Shown here one piece after another: positions 7,200 through 15,915 of a stretch of DNA of 20,978 nt; the first letter of the stretch is position 1, and the number at the start of each line of letters is the position of its first letter. Position numbers and translations under genes: made by a program. The stretch is from an uncultured Clostridia bacterium. GTDB lineage: Bacteria; Bacillota; Clostridia; TANB77; UBA1234. The notes below the pieces were generated by a model. It did not search any database. It had not been told where the DNA came from and saw only the letters and a program-made list of their open reading frames with translations. The stretch lies in the NCBI GenBank assembly GCA_947624765.1, contig CANQLS010000004.1, positions 1-20,978 of the forward strand, given 5' to 3'.

Positions 7200-7228
7200 T
7201 TGACTGATTTGTAATATTACTATATAAT
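7200..7228 (+). promoter_or_regulatory. near-consensus sigma-A promoter for the flavodiiron gene
   Basis: TTGACT (7200-7205), a 17-nt spacer, TATAAT (7223-7228). Confidence 0.65.
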
Positions 7229-7311
7229 AAACTCTGAAATGCTAACAAAGTCGTTTAAAGAAATATAATGCGAATCAATAATAAAATATTTTATAGAAAG
7301 GAAGAATTAGC

Positions 7312-8478
7312 ATGAAAGATATTACAATTTCGAGTGATATTAAATATATAGGAGCTGATGATAAAGATATAGAACTATTTGAAAATCAATATAAAGTTCC
7401 GAATGGTGTTTCTTATAATTCATATGTAATTTTAGATGATAAAATAGCAGTTCTTGATACAATTGATAAAAGAAAAACAAACGAGTGGATAGAAAATTTA
7501 GAAAAAGTTTTAAATGGAAAATTACCTGATTATTTAATTATTTCACATTTAGAGCCCGACCACGGATATAATATTAAAACAATAATTGACAAATATCCAA
7601 GTATAAAAATAGTTGGAAATAATAAGACTTTTGCTTTCTTGCCACAATTTTTCGATATTAATGATTTAGAGGAAAGAAAAATTGAAGTAAAAGATGGCGA
7701 TGAATTAGATTTAGGAAAACACAAATTGCGTTTCATTATGGCACCTATGATACATTGGCCTGAAGTTATGATGGAATATGATGAACTAGAAAAAGTATTA
7801 TTTTCAGCAGATGGATTTGGAAAATTTGGTACATTAGATACTGAAGAAGATTGGGATTGTGAGGCAAGAAGATATTATTTCAATATAGTAGGAAAATATG
7901 GCGTACAAGTTCAAGCATTATTAAAAAAGATTAGTGCATTAGAAATTCAAAGTATTTGTCCTTTGCATGGTCCTATTTTAAAAGGAAATTTATCACATTA
8001 TATAGAGAAATATGATATCTGGAGTAAATATGAAGTAGAAAGCGAAGGTATATATATTGCTTGTGCATCTATACATGGAAATACTTTTGAAGCTTGTGAG
8101 AAATTAAAAAATATCTTAGAGGAAAAAGGTGCTACAAAAGTAGTGCTTGCAGATTTATCAAAAGTAGATTTATCAGAGGCATTAGAAGATGCTTTTAGAT
8201 ATGGAAAAATTATATTTGTATCATCTACTTACAATATGGAAATATTCTCGCCAATGCGAAATCTATTATTAGATTTAAAAGAAAAAAATTATCAAAATCG
8301 AAAAGTAGGAATTATTGAAAACGGAACATGGGGACCAAATTCAGCAAAAGGCATGAAAGAAATATTATCTACTATGAAAAATATTGAAATAGTTGAACCA
8401 ACAGTAACAATTAGATCAACATTAAAAAATCATGATATAGAAAAATTAAATGAACTAGCAGAAGCAATATTACATTAA
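7312..8478 (+). CDS. FprA-type flavodiiron protein (metallo-beta-lactamase-like domain plus flavodoxin-like domain; O2/NO reductase family)
   Basis: Diiron motif SHLEPDH. The length is about 390 aa, with a C-terminal flavodoxin-like half (IYIACASIHGNT...FVSSTYN). The SD is AAAGGAAG. Confidence 0.9.
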   Translation: MKDITISSDIKYIGADDKDIELFENQYKVPNGVSYNSYVILDDKIAVLDTIDKRKTNEWIENLEKVLNGKLPDYLIISHLEPDHGYNIKTIIDKYPSIKIVGNNKTFAFLPQFFDINDLEERKIEVKDGDELDLGKHKLRFIMAPMIHWPEVMMEYDELEKVLFSADGFGKFGTLDTEEDWDCEARRYYFNIVGKYGVQVQALLKKISALEIQSICPLHGPILKGNLSHYIEKYDIWSKYEVESEGIYIACASIHGNTFEACEKLKNILEEKGATKVVLADLSKVDLSEALEDAFRYGKIIFVSSTYNMEIFSPMRNLLLDLKEKNYQNRKVGIIENGTWGPNSAKGMKEILSTMKNIEIVEPTVTIRSTLKNHDIEKLNELAEAILH

Positions 8479-8565
8479 AAAATAATTAACCTATAATGTA
8501 TTAGATAGTTGAATTAAAATAAGCAGACAAAAAATAAAATTTAAAATAAGAAAGGAAAGAGTTGT

Positions 8566-9522
8566 ATGAAAAAAGAAGAAATAACATTAAAAAATACGAA
8601 AGCGGAAATTTTAGATGCACTAAATGAAGCATTGGAAAGAGAAAAAAATATAGCTAAAATAAAATATGAACCTGAAAAGGAGGAAAAAGCAAAAGAAATT
8701 CAAAAGGCTATAGAAGTATCTAAAGAAAATGTTGATCAAAAGATTTTTTCTGAGGAATTGAACAATAAATTTAAAGATTTAGAAACTGCTATTCAGGCAG
8801 AAGAAGAAAAATTAAAAAATCTATATGGTATAGAAAAAGAACTAAGTAATCTTGTAGTTGTTGTTAATGCAGGAAAAGATTATATGGTAGAATTGGAAAA
8901 TGATAAAAAAGTAAGATTAGATGAATTAAATTCTAGCATAAAAAGTTTAGAAGAACAGTATGAAACTAAAAAGAAAGAATTAGAAAAAGATTATGAAATA
9001 GCCGCAAAGAATTTAAAGCTTGAAAGAGATAGAGAACAAGAAGAATATAATTATAAAATAAAAAGAGAAAGAGAAATAAGTAATAATGAGTGGGAAGATG
9101 AAAAATCAAAAAGAGAAAGCGAATTAGCTAAAAAAGAGGCAAATGCTCAAGAAATTCTAAGCGAAGCAGAAGAAAAAGAAGAATATATTAAAGAATTAGA
9201 AGAAAAGGTAAATGAAATTCCTACACTTTTAGAAAAAGAATATACTAAGGGTAGAAAAGAAGCAACAAGTGAAATTGAAAAAGACAATAAGTATGCGACG
9301 GAATTATTAAAAAAAGATTTTCAAAATACGATAGATAGACAAAATGATAAAATAGAAAGTTTGCAAGAAGAATTGAAAAAAGTTAATTCGGAAAAAGAAG
9401 CTTTACAAAATAAATTAGATCAAGCTTATGTTCAAATAAAAGATATGGCAACCAAAACGGTTGAATCTGCTGGAGGATTAAAAATTATCGGAAATAATAG
9501 TAATGCGGATATAAAATCTTAA
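8566..9522 (+). CDS. hypothetical K/E-rich coiled-coil protein (318 aa), function unknown
   Basis: A long ORF with an SD (GAAAGGAAAG) and its own strong terminator. The composition is heptad-like and rich in E, K and L throughout. I recognise no TM segment, signal peptide or catalytic motif. Confidence 0.7.
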   Translation: MKKEEITLKNTKAEILDALNEALEREKNIAKIKYEPEKEEKAKEIQKAIEVSKENVDQKIFSEELNNKFKDLETAIQAEEEKLKNLYGIEKELSNLVVVVNAGKDYMVELENDKKVRLDELNSSIKSLEEQYETKKKELEKDYEIAAKNLKLERDREQEEYNYKIKREREISNNEWEDEKSKRESELAKKEANAQEILSEAEEKEEYIKELEEKVNEIPTLLEKEYTKGRKEATSEIEKDNKYATELLKKDFQNTIDRQNDKIESLQEELKKVNSEKEALQNKLDQAYVQIKDMATKTVESAGGLKIIGNNSNADIKS

Positions 9523-9543
9523 TGAACTTACTAAAACTCTAAG

Positions 9544-9591
9544 TAGTGAATAGTTACGTATGTTTTGTTATAGTAACTATTCACTATTTTT
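9544..9591 (+). terminator. rho-independent terminator
   Basis: A perfect 14-bp stem: TAGTGAATAGTTAC (9544-9557) pairs with GTAACTATTCACTA (9573-9586). TTTTT follows at 9587-9591. Confidence 0.85.
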
Positions 9592-9733
9592 GTTATACTA
9601 TTACGAATATACAGAACGATTATCTACTATGGTTTTGCCAAGCTGTTGTTTCGCTAACTTTTTTCTTGCCAAAGTAGATGAAAAGATATATATTATTTAT
9701 ATATAATTAAAGCCTATGCATTTAGGGAAAGGA

Positions 9734-10312
9734 ATGAAGCTAAGTATGAATAGAACCAAGAGAAAAATATTTGAAACTGCTATGAAGTTGTTTGCTGAAA
9801 AAGGATATGAAGCTACTAGTGTAGAAGAAATTACTGCTACTGTTGGCGTAGCTAAAGGAACTCTATATTACCATTTTTCAAGTAAAGAAGAAATATATAA
9901 CTTTTTAATTGAAGAAGGTATGAAGCTACTATGCAATAGTATAGAGATAAAAACAGAAAACTTAACTGATCCTATTGCAAAGCTAAGAGCAGTTATTGTA
10001 ATTCAATTAAAAGTTATTATGAAATATGATGAGTTTATTACTATTCTACTTAGCCAAATATGGGGTACTGAGCCAAGACATCAATACTTTAGAAAATATG
10101 TATATCAATATATTGACGTAATAAAATCTATTATTGATGATGGTATTAAATCTGGCATTTTAAAAGATGGTGATAGTTATTTGATGGCATCTCATATCGT
10201 AGGTATGATGTGTGCCATTAAAATATACAAGCTAAAATCTGAACAAGAGATTAGCATTGAAAAAATGGCGAATAATATTGTAGATTGTGTATTGAAAGGT
10301 ATTATTGCATAG
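9734..10312 (+). CDS. TetR/AcrR family regulator (FadR/YsiA-like by context)
   Basis: HTH: KGYEATSVEEITATVGVAKGTLYYHFSSKEEIY. It lies directly upstream of an acyl-CoA synthetase, as in the Bacillus lcfA-fadR arrangement. The start is ATG 9734 (after AGGGAAAGG) or ATG 9746. The track start at 9716 is less likely. Confidence 0.85.
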   Translation: MKLSMNRTKRKIFETAMKLFAEKGYEATSVEEITATVGVAKGTLYYHFSSKEEIYNFLIEEGMKLLCNSIEIKTENLTDPIAKLRAVIVIQLKVIMKYDEFITILLSQIWGTEPRHQYFRKYVYQYIDVIKSIIDDGIKSGILKDGDSYLMASHIVGMMCAIKIYKLKSEQEISIEKMANNIVDCVLKGIIA

Positions 10313-10327
10313 AAAAGAGGTTAGAAG

Positions 10328-12001
10328 ATGGCAGAAAAGCATTTTAAAGATTTAAGAGATATGGTAATGCAATCAGAAAAAGATTTTTCAGATGAAGTAG
10401 CTTTTCATATTAAATATCGTAATGAAATTGTAGGTGTAAAATATTCTAAATTTATTGATGATATAAAAGGTTTTGGTTCTTATTTATTAAGTTTAAATCT
10501 TGAGAAAAAAAGAGTTGCTTTTATATCTGCAAATCGTTATGAATGGTGTGTTACATATTTGGCGTCTGCAACTTCAGATTTAATTTCGGTTCCACTCGAT
10601 AAATCTCTTCCTATTAACGAATTTGAAGATTTAATAGCGAGAGCAGAAGCGGATATATTAGTTTATGATATGAAGCATGATGAATATGCTAAAGCAATTT
10701 CACAAAAGGAAAATACAACGGTAAAACATTTCGTATGTATGGATGTTGATTTTAATGATTGCATTGAAAAAGGAAAAAAGTTATTACTTAAAAAAGATAA
10801 TAAATATGATAAAGTAAAAATTGATCATGATAAAATGAGATTTATGTTGTTCACCTCTGGCACTACTTCTGCTTCTAAGTGTGTAATGTTATCTCATAAA
10901 AATATTTGTAGTAATATCGAGGCGATTACTAAGGCACTTGATGTTAGTGTAAATGATACTATGCTTTCATTTTTACCAGCACACCATACGTTTGAATGTA
11001 CAGCAGGTTTTTTATATCCTATTAGTGTTGGGGCTAAAATTGCTTTTTGTGATGGGCTTAGACATTTAGTAGATAATATGAAAGAATATGAAATAACAGC
11101 AATGATAAGTGTGCCACTACTATATGAAGGAATTTACAAAAAGCTTTGGAAACAAATTGAGGTAAGTAAAAAAGAAACGCAAATAAAGGTAGCATTAAAA
11201 GCTAGTGAAGCTTTATTAAGAGTTGGCATTGATATGAGAAAACATCTTTTTAAACAAATACATGAAGCTTTAGGTGGAAAGATTAGATTGCTAGTGAGCG
11301 GTGCTGCTGCTATTGATCCGACCATAGCTAAAGCTTATAACGATTTTGGATTTACTATGTATCAAGGTTATGGGTTAACTGAAACATCACCTGTAGTTTC
11401 AGTTGAGCGTGAAGGTTATACACGCAACAAGTCAGTAGGCATCCCTTTAGATAAAGTAGAAGTGAAAGTAGATAATCCTGCTGAAGATGGTATTGGAGAA
11501 TTATTAGTAAAAGCTCCTTCTGTTATGTTGGGATATTATCAAGATGAAGAAGCTACAAAAGATGTGTTACAACATGGTTGGTTTCATACGGGAGATTTAG
11601 GGAAAATAGATAAAGATGGATTTATATACATAACTGGGAGAATGAAAAATGTAATAGTTTTAAAGAATGGCAAAAATGTTTTTCCAGAGGAGATAGAAGT
11701 TTTAATAAATCGTTTAGATTTTGTTAAAGAGTCTATTGTTTACGGTTTGCCAGATAAAGACGGAGATGTTTCTATCTGTGCGAAAATTGTTTATGATAAA
11801 GAACAAGTAATAGAGAAGCTTGGAATTATACAAGATGAAGAGCTTGAAGATTTATATTGGCAAAAAATAAAAGAATTGAACAAAACTATGCCTACATATA
11901 AATATATTAAAAAAATAACTTTAACAGAAGAACCACTTATAAAAACCACTACAAATAAGGTGAAAAGGCATGAGGAAATTGCAAAAATTATGTCGGAGTA
12001 A
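10328..12001 (+). CDS. long-chain fatty acid-CoA ligase / AMP-dependent synthetase (paralog 1)
   Basis: AMP-binding motifs: LFTSGTTSASK, GYGLTETSP and TGDLGKIDKDGFIYITGRMKN. The length is 557 aa. Confidence 0.9.
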   Translation: MAEKHFKDLRDMVMQSEKDFSDEVAFHIKYRNEIVGVKYSKFIDDIKGFGSYLLSLNLEKKRVAFISANRYEWCVTYLASATSDLISVPLDKSLPINEFEDLIARAEADILVYDMKHDEYAKAISQKENTTVKHFVCMDVDFNDCIEKGKKLLLKKDNKYDKVKIDHDKMRFMLFTSGTTSASKCVMLSHKNICSNIEAITKALDVSVNDTMLSFLPAHHTFECTAGFLYPISVGAKIAFCDGLRHLVDNMKEYEITAMISVPLLYEGIYKKLWKQIEVSKKETQIKVALKASEALLRVGIDMRKHLFKQIHEALGGKIRLLVSGAAAIDPTIAKAYNDFGFTMYQGYGLTETSPVVSVEREGYTRNKSVGIPLDKVEVKVDNPAEDGIGELLVKAPSVMLGYYQDEEATKDVLQHGWFHTGDLGKIDKDGFIYITGRMKNVIVLKNGKNVFPEEIEVLINRLDFVKESIVYGLPDKDGDVSICAKIVYDKEQVIEKLGIIQDEELEDLYWQKIKELNKTMPTYKYIKKITLTEEPLIKTTTNKVKRHEEIAKIMSE

Positions 12002-12042
12002 GTATGTAACATTTCTGTAACACAAACTTAATATTACTGTAA

Positions 12043-12071
12043 TTGTAAAAAGATGACGAAAGTTGTATAAT
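12043..12071 (+). promoter_or_regulatory. sigma-A-type promoter for the orphan gene
   Basis: TTGTAA (12043-12048), a 17-nt spacer, a perfect TATAAT (12066-12071). Confidence 0.5.
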
Positions 12072-12139
12072 ACACACGAAAGCATTACTAAAGAGAAAAA
12101 AGGAGGGAATTACATAGTCTTGCTATGTAATGGTTGTGT

Positions 12140-12889
12140 ATGGAAAATGTTGAAACAGTAGAAAAAACAGTTGAATTGCAAAAAATTGTACAAAAATTAG
12201 AGAAACTTGAGAAGATGATTAATCCTAATAGTAAAAAGTCTTTAATTATGTGGGAAGAAGATGACAGTTTTAAAAAATTGATTTCTACTATTAAAGAGTA
12301 TGCTTTAAGTTGCAATGTAGATGAATTTCCAGTAGAACTTTTAGATAAATTGAAAGCTTTGAAGGCAGATTCTACTTCTCAAATAGAAGAGGGAACAAAA
12401 AGAGTAGAAGAATTAAAACATCAAGCTAAAGTAAATGTTGAATTAAGTGAGTTTTTATCTACAATATATGTTTCTGCTATGGCGGGCAATTCTTTAGATG
12501 AATATGAAGAAAAACTTTCTTGTGAAGAATTATGTTCTATGAAAGAGCATTTACAAACTATTTCTACTACAGTTCCAGATACTGAGGAATATGTAAAGGC
12601 TGAAAAGGCAGTAAAATCTAAAATTAGTAATTTAGAAAATAGTGTTCATATTACAATTGATTTAGAAAGAACAATTAGTAAAGGTGGAGCACTTGAATAT
12701 ATCTGTGCTGAAATTACTCCTGCAATAGAAAGATTGCAAGCTGAATATGATGCTAGATACGCTGTACCAGAGCCTGAAGAAGATGTTATTACAGCACTTG
12801 CTGTGCGTAAAACTTTATCTGAGAAAATTTATGATGCTATTATTAGACCATTTGCTAATTTATTTAGAAGAAAATCAAAAGTAAAATAA
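12140..12889 (+). CDS. hypothetical alpha-helical acidic protein with basic C-terminal tail, function unknown
   Basis: A 249-aa ORF from ATG 12140 (TTG 12134 is possible). It has its own promoter and terminator. I recognise no family. The tail reads IRPFANLFRRKSKVK. Confidence 0.65.
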   Translation: MENVETVEKTVELQKIVQKLEKLEKMINPNSKKSLIMWEEDDSFKKLISTIKEYALSCNVDEFPVELLDKLKALKADSTSQIEEGTKRVEELKHQAKVNVELSEFLSTIYVSAMAGNSLDEYEEKLSCEELCSMKEHLQTISTTVPDTEEYVKAEKAVKSKISNLENSVHITIDLERTISKGGALEYICAEITPAIERLQAEYDARYAVPEPEEDVITALAVRKTLSEKIYDAIIRPFANLFRRKSKVK

Positions 12890-12908
12890 AAAATATAAGA
12901 GTTGAGTT

Positions 12909-12936
12909 AAAGACGGGGCAAAACCTCGTCTTTTTC
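12909..12936 (+). terminator. rho-independent terminator
   Basis: Stem AAAGACGGGG (12909-12918) pairs with CCTCGTCTTT (12924-12933), including one G-U pair. The loop is CAAAA, with a T tract through 12935. Confidence 0.8.
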
Positions 12937-12944
12937 TTGCTTTA

Positions 12945-13005
12945 TTTTCACTTTTTACACATATTTTACATTTTCCTTATAGATTATTTACAGCTACTGT
13001 ATAAT
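12945..13005 (+). promoter_or_regulatory. phased TTTACA direct repeats ending at a perfect -10 (candidate response-regulator binding array)
   Basis: TTTACA occurs at 12954-12959, 12965-12970 and 12987-12992, offsets of 11 and 22 bp. A degenerate TTTTCAC lies at 12945-12951. TATAAT lies at 13000-13005, and a second TATAAT at 13108-13113. Confidence 0.35.
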
Positions 13006-13242
13006 ATAGTAACTGGTAAATAATTATAAATTGTGCGGATAATGGAAAAATGTATTATTTGATTTCTTTTTTTAGTTTTATAACTGCTCATATAAAATTG
13101 AAGAAAGAAAGCTCTAATATAATTTTGAAATTGTCAGCTTTTTAACTGGAGTTTGAAAGTGCAGTTTGGCTGGAATAATGAAGGGAAAAAGGCAAGTGTA
13201 CAATTTATATTTGCTCTGCTGATTTCTTTTTGAATGGGAGAA

Positions 13243-13304
13243 GGAGGCGGAAGAAAATGCAATATGGGGCGAAAGCCTTAGGGTAATTGCCCCCAAAATG
13301 CATT
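13243..13304 (+). promoter_or_regulatory. GC-enriched leader hairpin enclosing a 9-codon uORF, just upstream of the response-regulator SD
   Basis: GGAGG (13243-13247) lies 9 nt before ATG 13257 (MQYGAKALG*, stop 13284-13286). AATGCA (13256-13261) can pair with TGCATT (13299-13304). GGGGC (13266-13270) can pair with GCCCC (13289-13293). Alternative small hairpins are GGC-GAAA-GCC and GGG-taattg-CCC. Confidence 0.3.
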
Positions 13305-13332
13305 AATGTAATCGAAAGTTGGTGAGTAATAC

Positions 13333-14034
13333 ATGAATAAGAAGATACTAATTGTAGATGATGATAAAAATATATGTGAGCTTTTAAGCCTTTATTTAAA
13401 AAATGAAGGATATCAGGTGGTATTTGCATATGACGGAAGTGAAGCCGTTACAAAGGCAAAAGAGGAAAAACCAAACTTAATTGTTTTAGATGTGATGATG
13501 CCAGTTATTAATGGCTGGGAAGCTTGCAAATTGATTAGACAATTTACAGATGTACCAATTATTATGCTTACTGCTTTAGATACATTAGAAAATAAGGTAC
13601 AAGGATTAAATATTGGGGCTGATGATTATATTGTAAAACCATTTGAACCAGTTGAAGTAGTTGCTAGGATTAATGCACATATGAGAAGGCAAGATGCAAA
13701 TACTGATAAAACTTCTGAGGCTACAGATGCTTCGGAAATAGAAGTAGACAATTTAAGCGTTAATATGGATAAATACGAAGTGAAGCTTAACGGAAAATTG
13801 GTAACTGATTTAAAACCAAAGGAAATTCAATTATTACATTTTTTTATGCTTAATAAAAATCAAGTTTTTACACGTGAACAGCTTTTAGATAAAGTTTGGG
13901 GATATGAATATTTTGGTGGTACAAGAACAGTTGATGTGCATATAAAAAGTGTAAGAGAAAAATTGAGTAGTAGTAAAAACAAATGGGAAATTAAAACAAT
14001 ATGGAATGTAGGATATAAATTTGAGATTCAGTAG
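13333..14034 (+). CDS. OmpR/PhoB-family response regulator
   Basis: Receiver domain: ILIVDDD...LDVMMP...VKPF. The C-terminal winged helix reads LKPKEIQLLHFFMLNKNQVFTREQLLDKVWG...VDVHIKSVREKL...GYKF. The SD is GGTGAG. Confidence 0.93.
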   Translation: MNKKILIVDDDKNICELLSLYLKNEGYQVVFAYDGSEAVTKAKEEKPNLIVLDVMMPVINGWEACKLIRQFTDVPIIMLTALDTLENKVQGLNIGADDYIVKPFEPVEVVARINAHMRRQDANTDKTSEATDASEIEVDNLSVNMDKYEVKLNGKLVTDLKPKEIQLLHFFMLNKNQVFTREQLLDKVWGYEYFGGTRTVDVHIKSVREKLSSSKNKWEIKTIWNVGYKFEIQ

Positions 14035-14049
14035 TAGATAGGGGATTGT

Positions 14050-15441
14050 ATGTTTAAAAGTATATATTTGAGATTGGTTACAACATATTTAACATTGTTT
14101 TTAGTAATTATTTTGCTTATATCTTTTTTTACTCTTAGTATTTTTTATAAAGAGTTTGCCAATCAAGCTGAGCAAAATTTATTAAATGCAGGTATTAGAA
14201 CAAATGCATTAATGACAAGATATTATGATAATGAAATTTCTAAGGTGGAATTAACATCTTGGATTAATGCAATGAGTTATATTTCTAATATCAAAATTTA
14301 TATACTTAATCCTGATACAAGTGTTTTACATCAAGTTTCTAATGAAGAGGAAATGTCTATTAGTGAACAAATAAGAGCCGATATTAAGTCTGTTATGGAG
14401 GGCGAAACGGTTAAAAGAATGAGCCCTTTCAAAATGGATACTGGTAGCGAGATTGTGTATGTGGGAATGCCACTTACTTATAATGATAAAATTAGTGGTA
14501 TTATTATGTTATTCTCACCATTTACAGAGTTAAATGCAATTTTAAAGCAAGCACTTTTAACTATTGGTGCAGTGATTTTGATTTCTATATTAATTTGTAC
14601 ACTTGCAATTTTAAGAATATCTATAAAAATATCTGAACCAATCCGCGTAATTAGTGATTATGCTAAAAAAATTGGTAAAGGCGAAGAAGTACCAGATATT
14701 GAAATTAATTCTAAAGATGAAATTGGTATGCTGGCACAATCATTTAATGAAATGAAGAAAGAGATTTCTGTAGCTGAGCAAATGAGAAGAGAAATTGTTG
14801 CAAATGTTTCACATGAACTAAGGACCCCACTTACTTCTATTATAGGATTTATTAAAGGTATTTTAGATGGTGTTATTAGTAAAGAAGATGAAAACAAATA
14901 TTTATCGATTGCTTATGAAGAAGCTAATCGATTAAAAGAATTAACAAAAGATATTGTAGATGTTGCAAAATTAGAATCTGGAAGTACAAAGTTATATAAA
15001 GAAGAATTTGTATTAAATGAATTAGCAAAAGATGTATATTTAGAATTGGAAGAATTAGTTAAAGAAAAAAATCTTGATTTTATTTTAGACGAAAAAGATG
15101 AAAATATTGTTATTAATGCAGATAAAGCTAGAATAAGACAAGTGTTGATAAATGTTATTAATAATTCTATTAAATTTACAAATGAAGGATATATTAAATT
15201 AACAATAGAAAAATATTTAGATAAGGTTAAAATCGAAGTTGAAGATACTGGTATAGGCATTCAAAAGGATAAAATTTCTTATTTATTTAATAAATTTTAT
15301 ACTGCAAATGACTATGGTAATGCAACTTCTGGCGCTGGACTTGGTCTAAATATTGTGAAGAATATTATTGATATGCACGAAGGAAAAGTAAGTGTTGAAA
15401 GCACGCTTAACAAAGGAACAATAGTTACAATTATTATTTAG
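14050..15441 (+). CDS. sensor histidine kinase (2 TM, extracytoplasmic loop, HAMP, HisKA, HATPase_c)
   Basis: H-box SHELRTPL, N-box NNSIKFT, G1 DTGIGI, G2 GAGLGL. TM helices lie near residues 10-32 and 165-190. Confidence 0.93.
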   Translation: MFKSIYLRLVTTYLTLFLVIILLISFFTLSIFYKEFANQAEQNLLNAGIRTNALMTRYYDNEISKVELTSWINAMSYISNIKIYILNPDTSVLHQVSNEEEMSISEQIRADIKSVMEGETVKRMSPFKMDTGSEIVYVGMPLTYNDKISGIIMLFSPFTELNAILKQALLTIGAVILISILICTLAILRISIKISEPIRVISDYAKKIGKGEEVPDIEINSKDEIGMLAQSFNEMKKEISVAEQMRREIVANVSHELRTPLTSIIGFIKGILDGVISKEDENKYLSIAYEEANRLKELTKDIVDVAKLESGSTKLYKEEFVLNELAKDVYLELEELVKEKNLDFILDEKDENIVINADKARIRQVLINVINNSIKFTNEGYIKLTIEKYLDKVKIEVEDTGIGIQKDKISYLFNKFYTANDYGNATSGAGLGLNIVKNIIDMHEGKVSVESTLNKGTIVTIII

Positions 15442-15471
15442 ACTAAAAATAATAGAAAGGCGGAAGGATAA

Positions 15472-15915
15472 GTGAATAATATTTTTAAATTTATTAGTAC
15501 CATTTTAATGGTTATCTTAATACTTATCTTAGTTTGGGTTCTTGTATCTTATTACAGAGAAGAACCTGTTACGTTTGTGTCGCCTACTAATAATATTAAT
15601 GTTGTAAGTACTGATCAAGTAGGTTCTATTGTAGATGAATTAGGAAAAGATGACAACAATACTCCAATTGATGATGTTACACCAATTGAAAATAATAAAA
15701 CATCTGAAGATAATTCACAAGAAAATATTCCAACTGAGCCAAATACAACAGATCCTTTGGTAATAGAATCTACTATTCCAACTTCTAATTCGGAAAAACA
15801 AGAAATTTTATCGGAAATTGATAAAACATTAATGGAGTTATTAGAAGTTGTTGATAAAGTTAAACCAATTGATGAAACTCGCTTAGAAGGTGGAGAAAGC
15901 GAGGTGCAAGAGTGA
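15472..15915 (+). CDS. single-pass membrane protein with acidic, Asn/Thr/Pro-rich extracytoplasmic region; function unknown
   Basis: GTG 15472 follows GGAAGGA. The N-terminal TM helix is FISTILMVILILILVWVLVSYY. The rest is acidic low complexity plus a short helix. Its stop overlaps the next start. Confidence 0.6.
   Translation: MNNIFKFISTILMVILILILVWVLVSYYREEPVTFVSPTNNINVVSTDQVGSIVDELGKDDNNTPIDDVTPIENNKTSEDNSQENIPTEPNTTDPLVIESTIPTSNSEKQEILSEIDKTLMELLEVVDKVKPIDETRLEGGESEVQE

Noticed and set aside
1-7200. Integron-like cassette array: same-orientation small unrelated genes, including a toxin-antitoxin pair and GNATs.
   Set aside because: There is no integrase. The intergenic regions contain no attC-like R''/L''-L'/R' sites (RYYYAAC...GTTRRRY). 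Several genes carry their own sigma-A promoters. Integrons are not expected in this lineage.
9600-9733. An operator for the second TetR, based on the TTGCCAA direct repeat at about 9633 and 9667 and on AT-rich palindromes.
   Set aside because: The repeats are short. The palindromes are pure A/T, which is expected by chance at this base composition. Nothing resembles the clear TGACA-n3-TGTCA sites at 1838-1884 or the Bacillus FadR box.
13231-13310. Assigning the GC-rich leader hairpin to a known riboswitch class (c-di-GMP-I because of the GNRA loop, guanidine-II, fluoride, glutamine-II, NAD+).
   Set aside because: None of the conserved cores I remember for these classes is present. The downstream genes, a regulator and a kinase, are not a typical riboswitch cargo. 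It is kept only as an unclassified structure.
13114-13429. Minus-strand ORFs of 60 and 74 aa in the leader upstream of the response regulator. Also + strand micro-ORFs at 13159..13231 (hydrophobic tail VQFIFALLISF) and 13234..13281, considered as a possible peptide pheromone or type I toxin.
   Set aside because: There is no credible SD or start for the minus ORFs, and one overlaps the regulator start. The + strand peptides lack a double-glycine or Agr-type leader. No processing or export gene is nearby. The composition is not distinguishable from chance in AT-rich DNA.
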